A stretch of DNA of 58,507 nt, filler included, from Sphacelaria rigidula (Eukaryota), in NCBI GenBank assembly GCA_964200075.2. It is 5 parts of 5 records of this genome, joined end to end, with 100 filler letters (N's around TTAATTAATTAA, not from the genome) between each part and the next. Parts side by side here need not be neighbours in the genome. Positions count along the whole stretch, not along the records: positions 35,167 to 46,787 come from CAXNAA020004693.1; positions 46,888 to 58,507 come from CAXNAA020004694.1; 3 more parts are not named here. One strand, given 5' to 3'. Both the position numbers and the translations under genes were made by a program. Below the pieces are notes generated by a model that was not told where the DNA came from, searched no databases, and saw only the letters and a program-made list of their open reading frames with translations. Positions 39,101 through 50,700 of this stretch are shown piece after piece. The stretch's first letter is position 1. Every line of letters starts with the position of its first letter.

Positions 39101-42100
39101 GTTGATGGTGTGTAATGACATTTTTTTTCTTAGCAATACCTGGGTATTGCATCTTCCTTCACATTTATGGTGTCGTAGTCAATTCTTCACCGTCATAGGA
39201 ACCTTGCTTACCCCCCCCCCCCTCCCCCCCTCCTGCTATCCTAATCTGGCGTTAGATATTCCGTAGTGTCCCACTTTGTACGCTTGTCACTCTTCTGCCG
39301 TTGAAGCGTGTGCGCATTTCTCCTTGTCCACACGTGTAATTTGTCAGTTTGTCATCGTGTACACCTGTATGATATTGTTCTCTCCTCTGTTGCCATGTGT
39401 GAGTGTCGGTTACATGTGAATGGGTGGCAAATTTATCAGCTGCACCCTCCCCACGCCCTTTGCGTGTTTTTATCACATTTTATCGAGAATTTTCCACTTT
39501 CAGCTGAAAACAGCCTGGCTACACTCTGCAGGAAGCAGTAGTAGATGCAGGAATGACCTTATCCACAGAGGTAGTCGTCATGTGATCCAATGTTTCCCGA
39601 TCTTTCATACTGAATAGGTGTGCAGTGGTCTGCAGGTAGCTCTGCAACTCTGTCGATCTTTTGTTTTTAAATACCGCGCCCGTCCGTTTTTTTTTACCCG
39701 CGGCCAATGGTTGTCGGTCTTTCAAAATATGAAAGCCACCGCTCCCCGGTGATGTAAATTAAAGTGCACGGTGGATCTTGAGCAGTAGTCGGGGCGGAGT
39801 GGGAGGGAGGTGTCCGATTTTTCTAACCCACGTAAAGTGTTCTGTCGGTCTTTCGAAAAAGGAATAGCCGCTGAACCCCGGTGATCTAAATTGAAGTAGT
39901 ACGGTACTTTGGACTCGAGTATCTATTGGGGGTGTTCTGTGCCATAGCTAGTACATGTATACACGGCCTGTGGCTGACGCCGAAGCGCTCGGTGAGAGCG
40001 ACCTCAACCAGGGCGTTGTATTTGTCAGCGACAATTTTTGAAGACGTGATGATGTTAAGGAGTGATTGCATTAATTGTCAGCAGTAGTCCGTCAAAGGGC
40101 ACGCGGAGGGGCAGCGGTATAGACAGGATAGGAGCTGGAACGAGGCGATTAAAATTTCATTACAATTCCTGTGAACGAGTTTGATACCAAAAACTTCTTA
40201 ACAATAAGCCATAGCGGCACAGGAGATGGACGCTGAAGTGATGTTTTGAAGAACCTGACGTCAACGTGTCCGACGCGGCACACTTCACCATACCACCGCA
40301 AGGTGTTCTGTGCAGGGGAGTGGGTTGCGCTCTGCCGAAATAGAGATCGGCGTCGACCACCCCTGCAAAGAACAACTTGAAGGTCAATTTTCACCTGCCC
40401 ATCTGCAAATGAATGAAAGACGAGCGCCGGGCACGCTTGCTGAAAGCAATTTAAGCATCAAATTTACCTTCTCATCTGCGAAAAAAATGTCAAAAAGCAC
40501 TAGAGTGTCGTAGTTTGCACAAAATATTTCAGAGAACATAAAATCTCGAAGGGTAACACAACGGAATTTAGGAGAAGAGTACATTTTTCAAGGCTGCGAA
40601 CGGACAAATATTATGGTGACAATAATGGCAGTAGTTGCATCACAGAACCCCAAAGAGGTCGAAACAAATAGTTAACACTCAACTTTCAGAGTTTCAAAGA
40701 GCGATATGCCATGATTTGAGCGCAGACATGATTCGAAATATATATATATATATCTCTCTCTCTATTTGTGTACATGCCACTCGTGATCGTGAGCAGGACG
40801 CCGCGGAGGCGTCTATCGAGATAGTGCTGTTCCACATGAAGCGAGGAGATGCCGCATTCGACCCTAACAAATTCTTCAGAAGTATCCTGACCAGCGATGG
40901 CGACGACTACAACGAGCAGGTAATGACCGTGTCATACTCTAGTTCGCTGCGACTCATCGCTGGAGAGCTGGCTATCTAGTTTGTATGTGGCAGGTTGACA
41001 TAATCTCATACTACCGTAAACCTACTACCGTAAACCCGAAACACATCTTGCTGTGATAACTGCTGCTGATGCCATGCATCACTGGTTGGTAGTCGCTTAG
41101 TGCGGTAAGCGCGACTACATGGTGCGACAAAAGTAGGCAGCAGACCCTTTTCCTCGATGTTTTGTCAGGGCCTGTGATGCCGGTCGGCATGTTTACAGAA
41201 CAGGTGTGGCCTAATTTTGGACTTGAAGCTTTCGTCTCCGCGTGGGCTCTGAGGCATTTTTCGCGGAGAATGTTTTTTGAATGCACGCAGAAGGTGACCG
41301 CTTATAAGGAACGCGTTGGGTACCATAAGAATCCGGCCAACAACGGTATCCCCACTTTCTCGGCTAGATGCCGAACATATTACGTGGATGATACGAAATA
41401 ACTCCCTGCGACTGATGTATCGTTGTATTGCAGTTTTACTATGCTGTAGTTACCTCGGGACTCCTACAACGCCTGTGGATTTGGTGTCACATCCTCACGG
41501 CTATCGCTTCCTCTTATGGGCTTAATCAGTATGTCATCACCGCTTGGACGTCTGTGCGAGCAGGCGATCGGCGGAGGGTGCGGAGAGGAGGCGGGCCTCT
41601 CGCGCCACATCAGGCGCAAGCAGTTCAAGAAGAGGACGGTGATAAATATCGAAGTCTCCTTCTCTCATCGCTGTTGTGTTCTGAAATACCATGTTGTGTT
41701 CGTTTCTGTGTGTGCGGCAGCTGTATCCTTTTACTCTTGGTTCGTGACCTCCATTATTATAGTACCTTCGTGGGAGGGAAGTCATGCGCCGAGAGCACAC
41801 TCTACTGTCATGATACCGAGGTGCATCTCTGAATCCCATCCTCAGGGCGCTCTGCGGGTCTCGTGTATCCTCTTTCCCCGCTTCTTGGCACAGTCTTTAA
41901 TTCTCCGGCGCGATTTAGTTGTTTCGCAGTAGCTTGCCTCGATCCTTGTTTGTTGATTTTTCGGTATCATTCGATTGCATTCCCATTCGCAATCTCCTCT
42001 GCTTGGTGCGTTCCCTCCTTCGGAACGGGTTCGGCATGATCGGTGACACCAGCTGGCGCGGATGCCCTTCCATCTGTGCGAAGGCGTAGATGGAACGTCT

Positions 42101-45100
42101 TCAGTCCCCAAGATTTCCTTCGACGTGAAGGTTCGGAAGCTAGCATTTGTGTTTCGTATATTTAATTTGAAAATGCCTTCTTTTCGTTTGTCATCCTTCG
42201 AGTGGGACGGTAATGACGTCGACGCATGGAAAGGCCGCCCGCCGTACGGGGTAGTTGTTCCATTATTCCCCGTGATGCATTTTTGCTGATGTATCACTTC
42301 CCGTTTTTGCAGACTCTTTTCATTGCGAGTAGCATAAGCTCTGCTTCCGATCTTTGATGGGTGCATGTGGTCAAAGTGTTCGATGTGAAGGGAAAAGCCC
42401 CTCTACGTACCCACCATGGAGGAATGTTTACTACCATCGCGCTGACATTTTTCAGGGGACTCGCTTTCTGCGATGTGTGTGCACCATGCGATGCTGAACA
42501 GGTCTACAGTATGATTCATCCTGCGAGCAAAACCAACGCCATAACCATCGATCGCCGGACCAACAAGCCGGCGCAAATAATCACCAAGGCAAGAAGCGAC
42601 AAGAGAACCAGCGCTACGTTCGACATGCGATTAGCTTATCATAACAGGGGGATATATCACTGACTGCACGGTGCAGGGTCAGCCTCCGTGTGGGGTGGGG
42701 TTGCTGAATCCTCGTCAAGTATGGTACATGTGCAGCGACATGGCGTCACTGCACAGGTTACCCAAGACATGGCCGTTTCGTAAGCGATGGCAGGAATTAT
42801 GTGCCCCTCCACACTTGCCAACAGCCTCTCAGGTTCTGACGCTAACCCGAGCGCGGCATCCAGTGAATGGGAGGGGAGAGCGGATCGTAGAAACTCTCAG
42901 AGTGAAGTCGCAGATGTCACGCCAATCACAACAACAGGCAACATGAAGCCTTCATTCTACCAAAATCAGAACCACATGGCTCACCGACGCAGTTTTTGTA
43001 CCCTACGCTGACCCTCGAAAACCTTCGTGTTTTCGTGTACCTGAACTAGGGGGAGAGATGGGTTGTTCCCCTTGAGACTAGTAGACCACGGACTCGTCCA
43101 GAGGAAAGGGAAGGGTTAAGAAAGTGACAAAGTAGTACAACCCAACCTTAGCCCTAACCCTAACCCTAACCCGAGGAACAACAACGTGTTTCCTGTGTGT
43201 CTTTCTTCATTCGTCATGACACTGCACGGTATCAGTTCATGGATAGCAAGACCGGGGCGCAGCTGGACGTGCACGAGATCCGGACCTATCTGGATTTCTG
43301 CGGAGAGCAGGCCTACGTCACTAAGGACGAAATGGTGCGCGAATTTTGGGGTGATACTTGTTGATTTGACCGAGTGAACAGAACGGTTAGCATACATATA
43401 TTCAGAACGCCCGCTTGACCCGAGAGCACTGTGATGGTGGTAAATCCTGTTTGATCCTGCATGCTTCGCTTTGGGGAAGTTGTACCAGGAGCCTTTCAAG
43501 GCAGTTCTGAGTGACCGACTTGATGTCGTGACAATCCTTGCGGATAGCTACATCCAATCAGCTTTGTAGGTGTGTAGATTGATTGTAGGAGCATGCTGTA
43601 ATCACCAGAAAGGGGAACGGGATTCGGGGGAATAGACTTAACGACAAGTAGTGGGTTTACACCACTGTCGAGTTTCACACGTGCATGTCTTACGGTCTCC
43701 ATGTGTTTTGTTTGTCATTTCTTTGTCCCCTAATTGTTTCCTTTCCCATCTGTTGTCGTCTTCCTCGTCTGAGCTAGACTTCGTTTGTACTTGGAACAGC
43801 GAGGTCGTCCCAGTCTCGAGTGCAAAGCGCCCAGATTCTCCTGTTCCACATACCTTTTTAAAGCTAGTTCGTTGCGGGAAGGCTTGTGTGGGCTTGTCGG
43901 TCAACAGCAGGATCTAGCCAGACGTAACCTAGTAGTGAAGCAACCTCCCTTGTGGAAACAAGCAGGGTTCCTGGGTCATTTTACGCTTTTCCTTCCCTCA
44001 AACACAGGCTGCTCTGAAGGACTTTTGTCCGAAGGGAGTATCGGTGTTGGAGTTCAGGAAGATGAGCACCCTCCGTCCCGACTACAACTACCGAAGTCCG
44101 TACTTTATCTACCCCGACGACGAGAGCACCACTGGGTGAGAGACGCTAAAATTACTTCTACTGCACTCTGTATGGTACCAACGTAATATTGAAGAAACAC
44201 GCTGGGATGCCGACATTTTCAAGCGCGTTTTTCTTCGATGACTGGTTGCCTAAGAGAGCGGAATATGTCGCGTTTCCGCACGGGCTTTCCCGATCACCCA
44301 GAGTTCGCCGTCAGCAGCACCGCGATTGTGGAGATAATCAATCGCCTTTCAAAACAGCCACAGCCTGGTGTACTCGCCCCGGTGGCTCAGTTGGCAACCT
44401 CGAAACTCTCTGACGGTTGGTTCATGGGTTCAATTCTCGGAGCGATCTGGGATTTTTTCTCAAACCATGCCCAACAGTGGAGAGCGACTATGCCGTGGGT
44501 ACACAAAAATCGACTTGACGGTCGAAGAAGGAAATGGACTACTACTGTACCCCTCTCGCGATAAAAAATAAAAGGCAAGCACCGCAGAAGGAAGGTGGAG
44601 AACTAAAATCAAGCAAAAAAGAAGAAACTCCTGTGTTGACCTTCCTCCTGTGTGGCCCCAGCTGGTGCGCCCACGTATACCGAAAGGTGTAGACCGGCGT
44701 CCAGAATAGATGGAACGACAACACACAAGACAACACAACACACACTATTGCAGGGTATTATCGTGCTTTAGCGGTCATAGTCCACAACTGCTGAGCGGTA
44801 GTCGCATGGAATGTTTGGTTCGTTTTCTCGCTTTGCTTTTCTGCCTTTTGTTTGTCCCCATGTTCCCGCCTCCCCCCCCCCTATGTGATACGATTTCTCT
44901 TCATATTTTCCTCTGGTTTGGGGTGTCTCTGCGTTCGTTGATTTTGTGTGTGTATGTGTACCAGTAGATATGTACATGGCTTCACTCTCTCGTGATGGTT
45001 CTCTGCTCTATTGTTGTCGCCGCCCATGTTTTTTTTCCGCTCGAAGTTTCATGTTGATGGTATCTTTATTCTCCTGTGGGAGAATACGGAGTGCAGCCCG

Positions 45101-46162
45101 CCACCTCAGTGAGGTACCCCCACCCCAGAGCAGTCACGTTTGTCTCAGTAGGCATGGTTACCTGGGAATCTTGTGTCTTTCGACCTCGGGCCTGAATACG
45201 AGCTGGGCCAGCTTAAAAGCGGCCACACGTTGACCACACAACAGCTTTGCCAGTTTCCCGAATGAACCCGGTGTAAGTATGTCACTGTGAAGTGCAGACC
45301 AACCTGGTGAAACACGGCACCGCCGCTGAACGAAGAACTTAAGAAAAAATGTACTGCATAATACATGACCTTAACGACGGACAAATATATATATATATAT
45401 GTCGGGATTCGAACTCATGGCCTCCATAATTGGAGTCTCCTATCACTTGAATTATAGGGGTGCAGCAAGGTCACGCAAAACGTTGCACGCACGGCCCAAT
45501 TCGACGAATGTTGAGATGAAATTTCACGAGGACCTTCTGCACCCAAGGAAATGATACATCACGGGAGCAGCTGCAGATTCCCGTTTTTTTCCTGGACTTA
45601 TGAAATCATCTTGTTTTTGCTAAAATTTCAAATCCCCATACCTTCCTTTTATTTTGTCTTTTTCTTCGCTGCTCTCGCCATATTCTGCATGCCCATCATA
45701 ATAAGCTGCTGTCAAAATCTCAGCGTCCAACTCCTCATTTTACGCTGTGCGTCGCCTGAGCGAGGAAACTACCCGCTGTTGGCTGGCCCAGCTCGTACAA
45801 GGGCCGATGTCATGGTTAGAAAATACGGAACTGTGAACACTCTCTGGCGTATACTCGGTCAAGGGCGGGCGACAGTAGCTTTGCATCGTCGTTGACGATC
45901 GATTGTTTTGCTCCTCTTCTAAAGAATGAGAGTAGCTTGGCGATCCCCAGCCAAGCGTGCTCCAACCTCTCCGTCAAAAATGCTGTCTGTGTGTGCCAAC
46001 CACACAACGATGAGCTGAATCCACATCAAAGACCATACTGTACTCTCTCTCACGTACAACCGGCAGGTCAGCGAAGGCGTTCATTTCTCTACATGCGACC
46101 ATGTTGCAAAAGGACGTGTATGCGTTGGCCAGGTTCACTCGTACGGCTGGCGCCGCTCCCAG
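36179..46162 (+). CDS. KU70: Ku70 (NHEJ DNA end-binding subunit); partial at both ends
   Basis: Phase-consistent exons: 36179-36298, 37075-37146, 37819-37931, 38751-38853, 40797-40919, 41564-41638, 42053-42130, 42502-42588, 43236-43334, 44008-44135, 46067-46162. The spliced protein has MKSKVVANEKDLVGVTLFGT, LDLAAPTAQRIR, LRSGLWSC and KRIFLFTNDDDP (vWA), then RKQFKKRTLAR and RSPYFIYPDDESTTGSAKAFISLH...ARFTRT (beta-barrel core). Confidence 0.93.
44375..44745 (+). mobile_element. Full-length tRNA-derived SINE (~370 bp) in Ku70 intron
   Basis: Head CCCCGGTGGCTCAGTTGG...GGGTTCAATTCTC. The body is shared with the copies at 32.5-33.6 kb and 54.9-57.1 kb. Tail is ACAACACAC. Confidence 0.8.
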
Positions 46163-46469
46163 GTAAGCAGTACGCACACAAACAGACGAGACGCTGCAAA
46201 GTCAAGCTGGATTCAGTTTGTTTTGTCCCCCGAAACATGGCCTAAAGTGGAGCAGACGGTGAACTTCAAAATGTAACTGCAATTGTGATGCTTTGTACGC
46301 GAGAGCGGTGCTGCTACAGTATTGTTGGGGGTTTTTTTCGTATGGAGGCTGCTGCCTTGAAATGATTTTGCATCACAACGATCACAGCAACCCCTGCGTA
46401 GTTCTTTCTGCTGCGTGTACAAACCACTTCGATACGGATGTGCAACCCCCTCCCCTTCCCCCCCCCCCT

Positions 46470-46787
46470 CGTGACAAAGCAATAGAGAGCAGGAGTCATA
46501 TAGTGGCAGAATGTGAACTATACAAGGAGGAACGGGACGTGCTAGAGGGGAAAATGCGGGACGTGAACGAAGGTGGCATGAAATCGTTCGATGCATTACA
46601 CAGAAGCGAAAAAACGATGGTCATACTAGGAGATGGATGGTGGCCACAGGACGGGGATAAGATATGTGAAAGGTTTTTGTGCAATGTATGGAAGAAGCGT
46701 AATGAGCGCCGGAATGTTGAAGGTGTCTCTGTTAGGAGTAGGAACGGTGCCCCGTCTCGAAAGGGATGCGTGGTCAATGGTCAAACG
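46470..46787 (+). mobile_element. 5'-truncated LINE, ORF2 C-terminus
   Basis: Reads DKAIESRSHIVAECELYKEERDVLEGKMR...ILGDGWWPQ...FLCNVWKKRNE...RKGCVVNGQT, including an ExxxHxxxxC zinc-knuckle remnant. It starts directly after a C-tract and is cut by the contig end. Confidence 0.8.
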
Positions 46788-46887
46788 NNNNNNNNNNNNN
46801 NNNNNNNNNNNNNNNNNNNNNNNNNNNNNNNTTAATTAATTAANNNNNNNNNNNNNNNNNNNNNNNNNNNNNNNNNNNNNNNNNNNN
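46788..46887. other. Artificial contig spacer
   Basis: 44N-TTAATTAATTAA-44N. Confidence 0.99.
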
Positions 46888-47796
46888 CTTTCGGGCAATC
46901 AGGCAGAAGAAATCGTGAATTTGGTGATTTTGAGTCGTGATGATTTGTCCTAACCGTGAACAATTCTCTCTGATCAATTCGACCCTCGCTTCGCAACACT
47001 TGCACTTCCGGTATTCCGTTCGATACCACCGGAACGCTTTCGAGTTTGTATGTTGAAGGGCAACACTGTGGGAAGGCTAGTGTTGTGTGATACTGTCTCA
47101 CTGGACGGGCTTGTTGTCTCACTAGACAGGCTTGCAGAGGGTACACAGAAGATATGTCAAGTTGATTGGGTCTTGCAGCAGAAGTCACTGGCGCTTCTTG
47201 TCTAAGATAAGACAATACAATATTTTTCAGAGCAGAGAACTGAAGGAGCGCTCGCAGGATGAGAACAGCAGGGGGTAGACGAATCCAAGCCGCGATCACC
47301 CTCGGGACCGAAGTCAATTCTGCGTCACTGTTGTAGGGACATCCACGACTGTCAAACCAGATTGTATCATCTTGTTCATCACTGCTGACGCATTAGTGTT
47401 GCCAGCTCTTACAACAGATTTACTGCAAGCTACGTGGCCCAATGACTTTGCTGAAGTATCCGACTGTGACAAACCATAACGGCGCGCGTTTTACCTCAGT
47501 ATCCGCCACAGCACGTTGCTTAGAAAAATATCCTGCGCAATCAAAAATATCTCGATTCGTTGAACCGTCACAAGTTGTACCGCAATTTGCGGTCAAGCCG
47601 ACAGTCAAACACAAAGATGTAGACTGTGTTGTCTGTAGTCCCACTAAACACGTTTATTGCAGACGTTACAAGGCAGCGACGTGGGAGGGGGGGGGCGGGG
47701 GGTTGAGGGGCACTCGTATAACGCTACAAGTTTCATAAGTGTTTCTTAATAGGCATCAATACTTACTTTGACGTGTTGATTTTTGTTCTCGAACAG

Positions 47797-50700
47797 GGAG
47801 GAACGAACGATGCTGAAGAACTTAATGCCGCTGTGATGGTAACAGATGAATCTGTCGTTCTTGCTGGGTGGACTCTCGGAAATTGGGATGGAACCAATGC
47901 CGGTTCCTATGATTGTGCAGCTGTAAAGCTGGATGTCGATGGGAATGTCCTGTGGAAATGGCAGGTGAGGTAGCGAGAACAAGGCTTGTGATATGGAGGT
48001 GGATGTGTTTCGGCACTCCTTTTCTTGGTGGACAAGCTACACTTTGAAAACAAGACAGCAGAAACACGACGACCGGGGAAACATTCATGACCATGCATTC
48101 ACTCCTGTTTCGTGCGGCAGAACGGTACTTCGTCTGCAGATAGCGTAACTGCAGCTGCCGTGCTCGAGGATGGTTCTGTGGTGTTTGCCATATACACCGA
48201 GGGCAGCTGGGGTGGTCCAAATGCTGGTAGTGCCGACTTCGCGGCTGTGCTTCTGGATCCCGACGGATCTGAGCTCTGGCGTTGGCAGGTGGATCCAATA
48301 CTGTAGCGACCGTGAGAGCATGATATGTGTACAAGTGTACGTGGCTTGTCCAAAATTGTGATAAAAACCCTGTTTAGCACAACGAATGTGACTTCGAGAA
48401 CATCAATAATTCAACATGTTTCCCTTGCTTCCATAGCGCGGCCGAATGGCAGAGCTCTTTCTCTCTCTTTCTCCCCCGCGTGGGATATGTTCTCGTTCAG
48501 CGCGTTGTAAAATATGTGGTGAAGTGTACGCACATGCGCGATCCAGTAGTACCGCATGTATGTACAATACTGCCGCTGCTGGTCTGCTGCTATAGAACGT
48601 TGTAATTTCGTTTCATGGTGTCGGAAGCGCAGACGAAGCAGCTCCTGCGTTGTGAACATTCTCATCGACTGCAGCATTCACAGATTCAAAATTGACGCAA
48701 CCCTGGGACGTGACACAGGCCGGAACGAACGGCTCGGATTTCGCCAACGGAGTTGCGGTGGGAACGGCGGGGAGAATAGTCCTGGCGGGATCAACGGACG
48801 GGAGCTGGAGTGGAACCAACAGCGGAAAGCAGGATTTTGCGGCTGTGATGTTGGAAGCAGTCATGTTTCCCACTCCCGCTCCGTCCTCAACGGGGGAACC
48901 ACCTGTACGCACAGCTATGCCCTCCTCCACGCCTGCACCTAATTCTCTCACAAGCGGGCCATATCTTCGAACGTCCTCACCGTCCTCAGATTTCCCTATG
49001 TCCACACCGCCTTCAGAGACCCCTGTACCCACCCCGTCCTCAGATTTTTCGACGTCCACACTGTCCTCAGAGATCCCCATGCCCACACCGTCCTCAGATT
49101 TCCATTCCCCCACAACTTCATTAAGAGGTGTAGTAAATGTCGACACAACGGCACCCGTCTCGGCGGGCAATCATACCGCGGCCGGAGGGGAAAAAACGCC
49201 ATTCATTGTTATCGCATTAGCTACAGCAGTCACCGCCTTAGTACTCCTCGTCCTAGCTGCATGCACGAGACGAACCCTGCGATGTAAACGCAATGGGATC
49301 AAGGAAGAACGCAGCAATGCTGCAGCTCGGCCGGAGTCTGTCGACGCCATGACTCTAGCCGACGTTGTCCTTGAATCGGCGGTGCAGTTGGCACAGCAGT
49401 CTTCCATTCCCGGTGTTAGTGACGCGGCTACCCTGATATCGGGGGTCGTCAGGCTTATTTTGGATCATCAGGACGGTGTCGAGGAGTCGAAACAAAGATT
49501 ACGGTGGTGCAACTCGGTCGTGACCATCTTGAAGCGGGCTGAGGAGGTTGTATCACAGGTGGGACTGTTGAGCGGTCGGCCGTTGTTCCCGTGGTCTGCA
49601 CATGCGCGGCTAAACAGCATGAACCGAGTTTTGCGAGGGTACTCGCCCTCACAGCTTACGAGATTCGTTCGTGTTGTACGCCCACAAACGGATTGGTCGC
49701 GAATTTTGTATTTGCCCATGTTGGGCGCGAAGCGTAGACCCCCGTGTTGTAGTGTCGAAATCGAAAGCGTGATTCAATACCTGCGTGGCGGCACTTTTGG
49801 CCATGAGGTAGTTGGGAGTATGCGTCTCACTCAGCCAAGGGTTCTGTTCCTGCTGACCAAGCATACACTTCTGACCTCATCTGATATCCCTGTTGTTATT
49901 TGGCAGGGTGGAGAAGAGACTAATGAAGCGGGGCGTGTTTTGCTGGACGAAGTCAAACACGCTGTCGACACACTACTTCAAGTAATCCAGACGTACAGCA
50001 GCAAGAACAAAATTGCCCAGGTGCTAACATCGTCCATGTTCAAGAAACGCCAGGAGGAGGCGGAACATGTCATCAATGCGGCCATCTCGCGACTGCAGGT
50101 CATAGTCGGTAAAAAATGCCCGCTGGATACAAGTGAAGCATCCCACTGCGGTAACTTGATTCCCACTTTTTTCTGCGTGTGCTCGTACGGAGGAAAACAT
50201 CCCTTGAACGCTCATGTGGGAAAAAAAAAAGGCATGTTTCAGGCGTTTGCTTTTTTGGTCGAAAGTCACGATCGATGTGGCCTTTCATCTGTTGCAAGAT
50301 TCTCACTCATCACTATATGTGTGTATGACGTCGGTATGAATATAGACATGAATCTCGAAGCAGCAGCTCCATCACGGTACTCGACTTCTCCCGTTGCCGA
50401 GTAAAGGGTAATGTCAGGGCGACCGTAATGGAAGCGAGCACCATATTCATATTCGATTATTCGAGCTCCTGAGTTTTCAGAGGGAGCCTCGAGAGCCACT
50501 TGAGAGGAGAACTGAAACTTCCCTAAACCCTTGTTTTTCAAAGTTCGAGTCAGCATTCAACAAAATTCGAAACTCAGCCGCTGAGCTTGGTTTTCCCGTC
50601 ACCATTTTTAGTTCGCATTTTCTAAATCGCGTTCAACTCGTACCGACCTCCTGAAAACAGTGTGCATAATCCTTGATCTAAGCCCACTATCACACTCCCA

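Noticed and set aside
43140-43172. Telomeric (CCCTAA)n (also 12790-12835, 56875-56910, 57995-58012)
   Set aside because: Only about 3 units, degenerate and internal; these are not chromosome ends.
49559-49906. 570-aa ORF 48692-50404 read as one exon
   Set aside because: It reads through a 348-nt in-frame segment with canonical GT/AG ends. Removing it makes the helical bundle continuous, so I treat it as an intron. Retention cannot be excluded.
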